This document shows positions 36,334 through 47,900 of a DNA stretch of 57,189 nt, piece by piece; within the stretch, counting starts at the first letter, position 1, and the number at the start of each line of letters is the position of its first letter. The translations under genes were made by a program, and so were the position numbers. The stretch is from a virus (lineage: Duplodnaviria > Caudoviricetes): the IMG/VR virus record IMGVR_UViG_3300035703_000112, positions 1-57,189 of that record; one strand, written 5' to 3'. The notes under the pieces were generated by a model. The model searched no databases, was not told the DNA's origin, and saw nothing but the letters and a program-made list of their open reading frames with translations.

Positions 36334-39300
36334 TAGAAACTAAACGATTTTCTGGAGTTTTAAATACGGATGATAATCCGGAAAACGTCGCTGGCCCACA
36401 GCACATTGACGCAAAGAATGTTCGTTTTTATGGTGGCCAAAATGGACTTACTGCTGAAAATATTAAGGGTAATTACTTAATTAATAATGCTAATTTACCA
36501 GCTGGAAGTAACGAATGTATAGGTTCTTTTTTTGATTCAGTTAAACAAAGAATAATTTGGTTTAACTGGAACAGCAACGGGGATAATGGTATTTATTCTT
36601 TGGATTTAGCTACAGATGTTGTTTCAAAGATTTTTCTTTGCGGCACTGATTCTGCTACTGATATACTTAACTTTTCCCCTGATTACCCTGTACATTCTTG
36701 CAATTTAGTTTATAGAACGGTTGGGGATGGTGACCTTTTGTATTGGACTGACGGATATAATCGTCCTCGGTATATTAATATTGATACCGTTTCTTCCCTT
36801 GCACCATTTACAGAAGATATGATTAATGCGGCCAAGAATGCGCCACTTGAGCCACCAGCTACAGACTATCAATCTAATAGCGCCGTAAATGTAAATAATT
36901 TACGAAGAAAATTATTTAGAGCTTGCTATCGATGGGTATATAAGAACGGAGAAAAGTCCACCTTTTCCCCCATATCTAAAATGCCACTTCCCACAATTGG
37001 TTATGACCCAAATTCAAGCAACAATCCAACTATAGACAATAATGTAAAAATTGATGTTGTAGCGGGGGGAGATGACTATCAAGCTATAGAAATTGCTGGA
37101 CAGTTTAATATTGGCAATACATGGAGTGATTTCTTTTTAATTGATAAACTAGATAGAACTGAGTATAATATTGCTCCTAACGCAACATACAGCTATTACT
37201 TCTTTAATGATGGTGCATATACTCAAATAGACCCTCAGGAAACAGACTTGTATTTTAGTTGGTTGCCAAATAAATCCAACACTCTTGAGCTTTTAAATGG
37301 AAATGTTATTGTTTACGGAGGAATTACTGATGGATATAATACATTGCAAAGAAGTGAGGTTGATGTAACAGTAACTGTTGGGACTGGTAATCCCAATACT
37401 CCTACTATTAGTTTTGCATATGCCGGAGCGAATGTTTTCAATGTGCAAATTGGCGCAATCATTCCAGTTGTTCCTCCATTCGCAACATTTAATATTCAAT
37501 TCACATATAACTCAACACTTCCCGGAGACGCATCGCCTAAGAATATAAACTATACTACAACCTTTGGGCAAAGTCAAGATAGTGTAGCTAATGCGATAGC
37601 TTTGGCTGTAAGCGGTAACAATATTACGGGTACAAATTTGGGAAGTGGTCTTATAAGAATAAATGTTACTGGATTCCCACCGGGAAGTACAATTACAAAT
37701 GTTTCAGTATCTGTGAGTTTAGCTGGTACTGCTGTTGCTGATTCTTCTTGGAAATGGAGTTGTCCGGGGAGACTTGGTTTGGTTTATTTTGATGAAAGAG
37801 GAAAGACAAATGGCGTTATTTCTTATGTATCCGAAGGTGCATTGGATACTACAGATTTTGCATTCAATACTCCAGATTTTGTAATGAATGGGAATATTCC
37901 ACAAGTCCCAATTGTATCTGCATCAATTAATCATACTCCCCCTACTTGGGCAACCAGTTTCCAGTGGGTAAGGGCTAATCTTATACCAACAAGCTTTTTG
38001 TACTGGGTCACCTGCGACTATAAGACAGATGCAGATTATTTATATTTTGGTATTGATAACTTGACTAAACAAAAAGCTGATAATACTGGGTTTGTCCCAT
38101 CATATGAATTTACTCAAGGAGATAGAATTCGTATTATAGCAGCATATACTGCTGGCAATTACGTCACATACAATACTCAGCTTGACATGGAGATTTTGGG
38201 AGATGTTGAGCTAACGATGTCTCCACCAAATGCTGCTACTCCCGGAAGATTTATAAAAGCATACAAGCCAACTACTTTACCATCTGCTCCTTATCAAGGT
38301 CAAATGCTTGTGGAAATATATACCCCAAGGCAAGTTCAATCTACGGGTACTCAATTTTTTTATGAGTGGGGTGAAAAATATGATATATATACTCTTCTTG
38401 GCAATAGGTATCACCGGGGAAGTGTTGATGACCAAACATCCACGCAACCAGCCACTTTTGAATGGTTTGATGGAGATATTTACTACTATAATAGGAGATT
38501 CTATGAATTTTCTAATTCTACTTCTGCATCAATTACTAACTATATAATGGATGCAAATCAGAATGATTATTTCCCAAGTGCAGTAAATTCAAATGGTAGA
38601 GCTTGGGTTATTGATGAAAATGCAAGAGAAGAATATAATTCAGTATTAGTTCGTTGGGGCGGGAAATATCAAAGTGGTACAAACATTAATAACCTGTCTA
38701 TTTTTAGGCCAAATGATTTTGATGAGGTAGATAGGTCTAAAGGTGACATTCAAAGGTTTAAATCAAGAGATAGGATTTTGCGTGTATTCCAAGACCGGGG
38801 AACTGGTCAGTATGGAGTATATATGCGCTTTATATCAAATAACCAAGGTCAACAAGAATTGGTTACTACAAATGAGATTATCACAACAAACAATATCCAA
38901 TACTATCAAGGCGTTTACGGGGTATCAGGATATCCAACAAATTTGGTTAGCACTCAAAATGCTGACTACTTTGTAGATGTGGTAACTGGACGTGCTATTA
39001 GACTTGGGGGAAATGGTCTTACAGACTTGGGTCTTGCTTATAAAGGGCAATTCTATCTTAGCCAATTAGTACTTCCCTACAATAAAGACATAGTAAGGTC
39101 TGGAGGATTTAAGTCTAAGGTGATGGGCTTTTTCGATTATTTCGATAATCAGTATAATGTATTACTTCAGGGAAGTGTGAGCGACTTTGTAATTAATTCG
39201 CAGAGTTCAGGGCAAGTAGGTACTTATGAATTATCACTCGCTGGAAACCCCAAAACCGGAGATGTGATATCATTACAATTAACTGATAGTTTATCTACTA

Positions 39301-40028
39301 CACAAACATATTCGTATACTGCTGCCATAGGTGATACTGCAATAGATATGCTAAATGGGTTGTTGGCGGATATAAATGGTGGAGTTGATTTCGTTGCTAC
39401 ATTTATTAGCGCTTCCCCATATTCAAACATAGAAGTAGTATCTGCATATCCATTAATAACGGTTGAGGGAATTGCTAGCATAACCTATAACACCTCTGGA
39501 GATATAAACCCGCATAACTTTAGTTTTAACGAAACAAGAAACGGGTTCTGCTCTTTCTATGACTTCAACCCAGAATGGGCCACAGGAGCTAATGACATGG
39601 TTTATACTTGGAAAAATGGGCTGCTCTGGAAACATGACAGCAATACCTATTGCAATTTCTACGGAGACCAATATTCAGCCTACCTGACCGCCGTTTTTAA
39701 CAATAATTTGTTGCTCAAAAAGTCTTGGCATAGCATAAACGAGATAGCAAGCGGTACATGGTCAGTTCCCCTAATGTATACCAATACCAAATCCTACGGA
39801 AGCCAAAGACAAGAATCTAGCCTTGTAGACGCAGAATTTACTATTTTGGAAGGGAATCCGTCATCGGCTATCAAAAGGGATGCCAACTCCCAAGGCGGAA
39901 AAATCAACGGGGATTTCATGAAAGGCAACTATTTAGTTGCTAAATTTGAGAAACAAAATGCTTCAAATTATATAACTTTGTCAGAGGTCTCTGTCCGTAA
40001 TACGGATAGCCCATTGACAGCAAAATAA
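36330..40028 (+). CDS. Tail stabilization/nozzle protein (P22 gp10-like)
   Basis: 1232 aa; GVLNTDD...IDAKNVR start, LLYWTDGYNRPR.IN, FCSFYDF.PE...TWKNG.LWKH...NFYG, MKG.Y. Confidence 0.8.
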   Translation: MIETKRFSGVLNTDDNPENVAGPQHIDAKNVRFYGGQNGLTAENIKGNYLINNANLPAGSNECIGSFFDSVKQRIIWFNWNSNGDNGIYSLDLATDVVSKIFLCGTDSATDILNFSPDYPVHSCNLVYRTVGDGDLLYWTDGYNRPRYINIDTVSSLAPFTEDMINAAKNAPLEPPATDYQSNSAVNVNNLRRKLFRACYRWVYKNGEKSTFSPISKMPLPTIGYDPNSSNNPTIDNNVKIDVVAGGDDYQAIEIAGQFNIGNTWSDFFLIDKLDRTEYNIAPNATYSYYFFNDGAYTQIDPQETDLYFSWLPNKSNTLELLNGNVIVYGGITDGYNTLQRSEVDVTVTVGTGNPNTPTISFAYAGANVFNVQIGAIIPVVPPFATFNIQFTYNSTLPGDASPKNINYTTTFGQSQDSVANAIALAVSGNNITGTNLGSGLIRINVTGFPPGSTITNVSVSVSLAGTAVADSSWKWSCPGRLGLVYFDERGKTNGVISYVSEGALDTTDFAFNTPDFVMNGNIPQVPIVSASINHTPPTWATSFQWVRANLIPTSFLYWVTCDYKTDADYLYFGIDNLTKQKADNTGFVPSYEFTQGDRIRIIAAYTAGNYVTYNTQLDMEILGDVELTMSPPNAATPGRFIKAYKPTTLPSAPYQGQMLVEIYTPRQVQSTGTQFFYEWGEKYDIYTLLGNRYHRGSVDDQTSTQPATFEWFDGDIYYYNRRFYEFSNSTSASITNYIMDANQNDYFPSAVNSNGRAWVIDENAREEYNSVLVRWGGKYQSGTNINNLSIFRPNDFDEVDRSKGDIQRFKSRDRILRVFQDRGTGQYGVYMRFISNNQGQQELVTTNEIITTNNIQYYQGVYGVSGYPTNLVSTQNADYFVDVVTGRAIRLGGNGLTDLGLAYKGQFYLSQLVLPYNKDIVRSGGFKSKVMGFFDYFDNQYNVLLQGSVSDFVINSQSSGQVGTYELSLAGNPKTGDVISLQLTDSLSTTQTYSYTAAIGDTAIDMLNGLLADINGGVDFVATFISASPYSNIEVVSAYPLITVEGIASITYNTSGDINPHNFSFNETRNGFCSFYDFNPEWATGANDMVYTWKNGLLWKHDSNTYCNFYGDQYSAYLTAVFNNNLLLKKSWHSINEIASGTWSVPLMYTNTKSYGSQRQESSLVDAEFTILEGNPSSAIKRDANSQGGKINGDFMKGNYLVAKFEKQNASNYITLSEVSVRNTDSPLTAK

Positions 40029-40035
40029 ATATATT

Positions 40036-40662
40036 ATGGCAGCATCACCAGAATCACTTAAAGCATTATTGGGTAGCGGCTCAGGAATAGCTAGTGGCCT
40101 TCAAGCTGGAGTAGGATTAGCTCAATTTGTCGGCGGTCTTATTGGTCAAGCAAAAGGTCGTAAAGAGCTCAAAGGGTTGATGAAAAATACTCCAAAGTAT
40201 GGGGAAGACACGGGTATTATGGGGTATTATAATCAAGCTCTTCAACGTGCTGGCGTTTCCCCTGCCCAATCTTCAATGTATAAGCGCCAAATGCAAAATA
40301 TTGGACGAAGTGCAGCACAAGGATTGCAAGCTTCTCAAGACCGTCGTGGAGGATTGGCTGCTGCTTCATCTATATCTCGTGGTATGAGTGACGCTGCTCT
40401 TGCTGCTGAGGGAGCTGCTGAAGCTCAACAGGAGCGTAGATTTGGATTATTGGGAAGTGCTGCGCAAATGGCTGCCGGAGAACGTCGTCGTGCATTTGAT
40501 ATTAATGTTATGCAGCCTTTTGAAATGAAAAGACAAATGGCTGCCCAACGTGCTGCCAGCGGGGCTCAAACAGCTAATATGGGTATTTCAAACATTTTTA
40601 GAGCTGGAACAACTCTTGCGCAAGCTGATATGTATAGAAGAAGGAAAGATGATGAAGTATAA
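40036..40662 (+). CDS. Putative ejection (internal virion) protein
   Basis: Gly/Ala-rich N-terminal helix and A/Q-rich coiled coil; follows the nozzle gene. Confidence 0.6.
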   Translation: MAASPESLKALLGSGSGIASGLQAGVGLAQFVGGLIGQAKGRKELKGLMKNTPKYGEDTGIMGYYNQALQRAGVSPAQSSMYKRQMQNIGRSAAQGLQASQDRRGGLAAASSISRGMSDAALAAEGAAEAQQERRFGLLGSAAQMAAGERRRAFDINVMQPFEMKRQMAAQRAASGAQTANMGISNIFRAGTTLAQADMYRRRKDDEV

Positions 40663-40686
40663 TCCATAAGAGCAATAAAATTTATA

Positions 40687-41967
40687 ATGGCTACTCCAAT
40701 TCCCAATATATATACTTTTGGCCAAGTCCAGCTAGATACACAACCACTAGCTCAATTACAAGGTAAACTTCTTGCCCAACAAGAGGCAAAGCAAGAAGCT
40801 TTGAATAAGTATTTTAATAAGCAAATGGGTGATTTGTCAAGAGAGGGAATTGCTGAAAATGATGTAGCTGACTGGAACACTTCTTTGGGTGAATTAAAAA
40901 ATTTTTGGAAAAGTAATTCTAACGAAATTAAAAAGGGTGGAGAAGCTAAGTTAGAGTTTGATAAAAGGTTGCAAGAAATAAAAGACCTTACATATCAATC
41001 AAAAGAGAAAAAAAAGGAATTGAGTGAGCTTGGTAAAATGGCAACCATTCAGGGGAAGCAATTTACAGATAGCGATATGAAGGTGATTGATGGAATGGGT
41101 AAGCCAATAAGAAGTAAAGAAAGAATAAACCCATCTACTGGTAAGCCTTGGGGTTATTTAGACCTCTCAACTCAAGTTCCCCCATTCGATGCAAGTAAAA
41201 GAGGGGCTTGGTTTGGTAACATATCTTCTGGTATAGAACCTGCAATTGCTAAAGAAGTACCAAAATCTAGAAAAACATTGCCGGGGGGAGACATACAAGA
41301 AGATATTGAATATTCTTATGGTGATAATCAGCTTAAGTTTATGGAGAAAAAGGCTGTGTCATTTCTTCCCGCTGATAGGTCAGCTACCACTGAATATGAA
41401 AGATTACTTACAGACCCAACTAGCAAAAGATTTATAGAATTGAAAGAAGCTTGGGATGCAGCACCTTGGCATAAGGGTGACCCTATGGATACCAAAGAGG
41501 ATTTGGCTGCTGCTGACGTTTTGAGAGAATATTATTTAAGACCTGCTGCTAGAAAGCCAAAAATATATCAAGTACCTCAAAAGTCAGGTGGTGCTGGTGG
41601 AGCTGTTGATGCAGATATTCGTCCTTATTTAGTATTCCCTAAGTATACCGCAGCTACAGTAACATTGCCAGATGGTAGAAAAGCAGTTCCCTCCACTGAA
41701 ATATCACCTAACGATTTGTCAAAAATTAAAGTAACTCCTGAATATATTGGAGGAAAAGATTACTATATTGTGGAGGCTGATGGTGTATGGAGGGGAGAAG
41801 GAGGTCAAAGAATTGTAGATGAAGACTTGGCTGTGCAAGCTGCACCTTCAGATATTAGAGAATCATATTTGAAAAGAAAAACGTCTGGTGGGAAACCAAG
41901 CCAGACTAAAAAAACAACTACTCCTGCCGGAACTAAAAAGAAAACTGGGGCTAGTGGATTAAATTAA
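40687..41967 (+). CDS. Putative ejection (internal virion) protein
   Basis: 426-aa helical protein between ejection genes. Confidence 0.5.
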   Translation: MATPIPNIYTFGQVQLDTQPLAQLQGKLLAQQEAKQEALNKYFNKQMGDLSREGIAENDVADWNTSLGELKNFWKSNSNEIKKGGEAKLEFDKRLQEIKDLTYQSKEKKKELSELGKMATIQGKQFTDSDMKVIDGMGKPIRSKERINPSTGKPWGYLDLSTQVPPFDASKRGAWFGNISSGIEPAIAKEVPKSRKTLPGGDIQEDIEYSYGDNQLKFMEKKAVSFLPADRSATTEYERLLTDPTSKRFIELKEAWDAAPWHKGDPMDTKEDLAAADVLREYYLRPAARKPKIYQVPQKSGGAGGAVDADIRPYLVFPKYTAATVTLPDGRKAVPSTEISPNDLSKIKVTPEYIGGKDYYIVEADGVWRGEGGQRIVDEDLAVQAAPSDIRESYLKRKTSGGKPSQTKKTTTPAGTKKKTGASGLN

Positions 41968-41972
41968 TACTA

Positions 41973-44900
41973 ATGGCTGAAAATACATATACAGGACAAA
42001 ACGAAGACCCGAAATATCGTAAAAAAGTATATGATATTTTATCTTCAAATTTTGAAGACTTCAAATTGTCTGAATCTGATTTTTACAAAAAGTTGGATTC
42101 AGATACTGGGTATGCTCCTAAAGTATATAAAGTATTAAAAGACAATTTTGCTGATTTTGAGAAGCCAGAAAAAGATTTTATGTCTTTAGTCGGCCCGTCT
42201 AAAAAAAAAGACCTTTTTGGAAAAATTACTACTTCCGTTGGCCAATTGCAAAAAGAAGCTGGTAAGGCTCTGGGCGGAGTAAAAAAGGGATTGGAGACAG
42301 TAGCGGCAGCTGCTGCTGAATATGAAAAGCCAGTTTTAAGAACGGCTGGTCCCGTGCCAACAGAGGTCGCTCCAGCCAAAGAATTAGAACCTATTGTTAA
42401 GCCTAGTGTTGGTATTGTTTCTGAAAGCACAAAAGTTCCCAAAATTGATATAAAAGCTGTCCAGCAGCAGAAAGCATACGAGAAAAAAATTGCTGATGAA
42501 ACGCCAAAAGAAACTCCATATTTTGGTGGCGTATTGGGTAGCACTCTTCAAGCAATAGACAGCGAGTATTCTCCAATAGGTCAATTGGGGGTTGGTGATT
42601 TTATTGATGATATGGGAAGAGCTATAGCTTCTGGAGTTAATCAGGGCGATATAACAACTCCTGCTAATGCTCTTCTATTGGCTGGTAAAAATGCTTCCCC
42701 AGAACAAATAAGAAAATATATTGATGCGGCAAAAGATTATGAGAAGATTGGTGCTTCAGAGGAGATGATGAAATTCTCAAAGACATACCAAGACGAGGGG
42801 AAAACAATATATGGTTTTTTAAAAGGGCTTGCACAAAATCCGGGAGTAGTTGGGGAACTTATAGTTTCATCAGTTACTGCATTGGCGAATCCATCCTCTC
42901 TTGCTGCGGCAGGGGCTGTTACTGGGGGTTTTGCTACTAGTGGGGCTGTCGGCGGTGGAGCTCCGGGGGCTGCGGCAGGGGCTATATCATCTATACCTTG
43001 GGCCATCGGTGCAGCAGGAACAGCTTTGGAAACAGGTCTTACATTTTCTGAATTATTAAACGATAAGCTAAAAGAAAAGAATTTAGAATTTACTGAAGAA
43101 AATGTTAAGTCTATATTGGAGGATGAGAAAACTCTTAAAGATATAAGAACAAAATCTTTAGCAAGAGGTGTTACCATAGGTGCAATTGATGCATTGACTG
43201 GTAGGTTGGCAGGTAAGGTAGGCGCAAAATTAGCTAGTAATACGGCAGCTTCTAGAGTAAAGGCTGGTCTTGCAGCTTCAGGTATAGAAATGGCTGGAGG
43301 TTCTATTGGGGAAGCATCTGGGCGTTTGGTTGCAGGTCAACCTATGGATGTTGCTGAAATTGGATTAGAGGGAATTGCTGAGGGTCCAATGGCTATTGCT
43401 GACGTTACATCGGAAGTTCTTCGTAGGCCAATATATAAAGTTAATGGCGAAAATAGAACAGAGGCTGATGTTCAAGAAATTATAAATACTTCTTCCCCTG
43501 AAGAACTATCTCAAATAAATATCGATATTAAAAATGATGTAAAAGGTTACAAGAATAAAATACAGGATATTGTTACTAATAATGAAATGCGAAATGAGAT
43601 TCGGCAAGCGAATCCAAAAGCAGATGATGCAACAATAGATACTCTTTTGAAATTAGAAAATGAATTAAAAACATTTGAAAATAATAAAACGCAATCAGGA
43701 AAAGAACGAGCTTCATCTATACGTTCACAGATAAAACAAATACAGGAAGAAGTTTCTCAAAAACAAGAAGTAGTTAAACCTGCCGGAGAAGTTCCCCAGC
43801 AAACATTACTTGAGCAAATATCTAAACGAATTGAGGAAATAGATGCTGAGGAAAGGGGTGCTGCCGGGGAAGTCGCACCAGAAGTTCCCGCAGCACCAAA
43901 AGAAATAACAGAGCCTGTGACTGTAGTGGAAACTCAAGATTTATACAAGGGTCTGCCAATATCAAATGTTAACGGAACTGGATTCCATAGAACAAATGTT
44001 GATGTTCAATCAATATTAAAAAATGGTTTTGTAGTACCAAATCAGGGTAGAGCTAAATTTGGTTATGGTGTGTATTTTACAAGAGAACCAAAAGAAACTT
44101 CATTTGGTGAAAATATGGTTAGCTCTAATTTTGAAGGCCTTAAAATGGTTGATTTAACAAATGATGATATTATTGGAGATAAATTTAATGCATTTAATAA
44201 TGCATTTACTGAAAATGGGACAATAGATTATAAAAAATTAACAGAAGAATTAAAAGCAAACGGAATTGATGGGGTAATTACAGATAATGAAATTGTTGTT
44301 TTTGACCCATCTAAAATAAAAAATATAAAAGAATATAAAGCCGGGGAAATCGCACCAGAAGTTCCCGCAGCACCAACAGCAGCGGCTCCAGTTCCCTCCA
44401 TCATAGAAGTAAAATCTCCAAAAGAAGTAAAACAAGGAGATACTATAGTATGGAGAGGGGAAGACTTCATTGTAGAAGAAGTAAATCCAAAAGGTGGATT
44501 TAATTTGCGTAATGCAGCAGACCGTACAAATACTGTAAAAGACGCAAGAATCACAGATGAAGAGTTCCAAGGTAAACGTGGGGAAGTAGCGGCTGCTCCT
44601 AAAGTTGAAAAGTTTGGAGTAGGATTTGCTCCTTTCCGTGAAAAGAATGTATTTACTGAAGAAGAAGATGTAGATATCAGAACTTCCCCAGACTATCAAC
44701 TTCATCAAGAGAACGTACAGAAAGTAGCCCAAGGACTAGGAATCAAAATAAACAACAAGCTAGATACTTGGGGAGGATATGTAGATATGGAGACGGGAAG
44801 ACCTGTACAAGAGGTTTCCAATATTATGGAAATTGAAGCTACTCCTGAGCAAGCTCGGGTAATGGCTGCTATCTTGGGTAAGGCTGCCCCCGAAATGCAG

Positions 44901-47900
44901 GACTCCGTATTGCTTGGTAACTACAATGAGAATGGCGCAGGATTCGAACATATTGTTAAAACTGGTTCTTTCGAAAATGCTAAAGAAGCAATTAAGCTTC
45001 TGAAAGACAATGAGTTGCAGTATTTTAGCGTTGACAAAAATAGCGGAGATGTCATTATTCTTGACCTTGAAGCAACAGATACACCAAAAATTATTAACTT
45101 AGTCAAACAATTAAATGAAAATGGAATCCCAGCAAAACACAAGTATGGCAAAGTCAACGCAGAATTCATCGGTAGCGGAGACTATGATGGAATTATTGAA
45201 GCAGAGCGGAGCAGAGTTGGAGCAGAAACAGGGTTCGATATTGATGCCTTTGTCCAAGAAGCAGCGGGAAAATATGACGCAATCAAAGCAGCAAGAACCC
45301 AACCAGTAGTTTCTGAAGTTCAAAAATCTATCGCCGACAAAATTCGTGGGCTAAAGATTGATTTGTCTAAGCTGGGAGAAGGTGGCGCTCAGTCCAACAT
45401 AGCAGGACTTCCCGTAGCACTATACAACACCGTAGTAGAAGCAGTAGCCCTTGCTGTAGAGGCGGGAGTGGCTGTAAATAAAGCAATTAATGATGCTGTA
45501 AAACAATATAAGCTAGATAAGGCTAAAGATTTTGATAAAGATGTACTTACAAGGGAAATATTGAAAGGCATTGAAATAACTGAACCTCAAGTAAATCCTG
45601 TATATTTTGAAAATCTGAAAAAATTTGCAAGTGAATCTTCATTTGACAATAAAATTCAATTTAAAAATTCAATACAGAGTTTATTTGCCAAATACCTTCC
45701 AGAACTAAAGGCTAAGTTTGGTAAAGATTTTGACCCGTCAAATTACGACGAAAGAGCAAGAAAGTATTTGGTTGATTTGGTTACTAGGGAATCTTTGAAT
45801 GCAATCAAAAAGCATCCGGAAGCAATTGGATGGTATGATGAGAAGACTCAGTCTGCATTAGATGTCATATCGGCTATTCATCCTGAAATCGCCACTGATG
45901 CTGAAGCTAGAGGTGCATTTATATTGCCTTTGGCTATTATGTCAAATGGAAACAAAGTAGACTTCAATTTTGAATTGGCTGAAAAGCAATATCAATTCTT
46001 TAAAGATAATGGAAGGTTTAATCCTGATGGGGAATTTGGCCTTCAGCAATCTGGCATTAAAAAATCTTTGATGCTTATCAATTCGTTACTTGATAACGGA
46101 TTGACAATGTCAGATATAAATAAATTCTTGACATCAAAGTATCGAGCTGGTGATTTGAAAATAAAGATTGATGGTAAGGTTAAGGATTTGGCTTCAGGTG
46201 AATTGGCTGATGAGCAAGTTTATGGAGCTGTTATTTTAGGTCCAAAGATTGGTAATGGGTTTTATATGAATTTGTGGGGTCAATTCGACCAATTGACCAT
46301 GGACAGATGGTTTATGCGTACTTGGGGTCGGATGACAGGCACATTGATTGAGAAAGATGCTGCTGGTATCGCTGAAGGGAAGAAGAGACTTTCTAAGGCT
46401 CTTGATGAGATTAAGAAAGATTCTGAGGCATTGGCTATATTAAAATCATTATTGCCTAAAATATCTAGCTTATCAATTCAGGATTTAGCAAAGTCTATTG
46501 AGAAAGTTTCGATGGATAAAAAGAAGAGAGCTGAACTTTCTTCAAATCCAAAAACTGACGAATTAAGGAAGGCTGCCAATTCCCTGTCTAAAAATCTTAG
46601 CGGCGAGAAGGAAGCTCCTTCTACTGGTAAAGAAAGAAGATTCATAAGGGAAGTGTTTACTGATGTAGTAAATGATTTAAAAAATAAATATGGTATAGAG
46701 ATATCTATGGCTGACCTTCAGGCAGCTCTTTGGTATCCTGAAAAAATATTATATGAATCTTTCAAAGGCGGCGAAACATTTGAGGCTGCTGCTGAAGGTT
46801 ATACATCTGATTCTGCACCTGATTATTTAAACGCGGCTAAAAAGCTAGCCACAAAACTTGGAGTAAATGAAGAACAAATCAATCAAGCCTTATCAAGAGG
46901 AAGAGAACGTGCTGAACGAATTGCAGGAGAAGGATATCCCGAAGGCGGGCGAGCAATTAGCGAATCTTATCAAGACATCCTTGGAAGAGTCAAAGAAGCA
47001 ATCGGGGAAAAGCCAGCCACAGAAAAAGTAAGAGCAGCGGCTAAAACAGTTCGTTCTCTTAAGATTAAGCAAGAAGGTCTTCAGGCAAATATTGCGGGAA
47101 TTCCCATCGCACTTTATAACGCAGCCTTGGAAACAATCGCTACAGCTTTGGAGGCTGGGGCTAGTTTAACAGATGCTATTCGGGAAGCTATAAGAAAGCA
47201 CAAACTTAATAAGCAAAAAGATTTTGATTCTGATACATTCGTAAAACAATTAGAAAGCGTTACTGGTCAAACAGTAGAAAAAATAGGAGGTAAATATGCC
47301 ATTCAAATCGAAGCAGCAGGTGAAGTTCCTGTACAGCCAAAAGCCGGAGTTAGCGAAGAAGTGGAGGGAGGAGTTCCCGGAGCAAAACCTAAAGCAGCTC
47401 CCGAAGAAGGTAAAGCTGAAGGTGAAGAAGAAAAAGTAAGGGTATCTGGTATTAAGAAGGGCTTGGTTTCCCAAGAAGTATTATCAAGAGTAAATCTTAA
47501 TACAGTTGGAGATAAGGAGCTTTTAGAGTCGGGAAAAGCTATCATTGAAAGCGGGGAAGTAAAGCCAAAGACTGTTGTCAATCGTGTAATTGATGGTGGT
47601 CAAGGTGTCCTTACCCCTGCTGAGGTAGTCGCGATGATTACTTATAAGGCTGATTTAGATACTAAACAAGAAGACCTTTCTAAAGAAATTGAAAGAAGAA
47701 CAAAGGCTGGGGAAGACTTGGGTGACCTTTTGGTTGAATACAAGGACTTGCAGGTCGAAATAGACAACTACGACATTGCAGCTGTTATCACAGCTCAGCA
47801 ACAGTCATTAGCATTCCGTCTTCGCAGATATCTTCTTGACAGAGAGTACAACATTACTGTACAAATTAATCGTTATAAGCAAACAAACGGCGGGACAATC

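Noticed and set aside
45525-47240. DFDKD and DFDSD as possible DxDxD RNA polymerase catalytic motifs in the 2889-aa protein
   Set aside because: Both sit at the same position in the duplicated helical linker module and lack RNAP-like context
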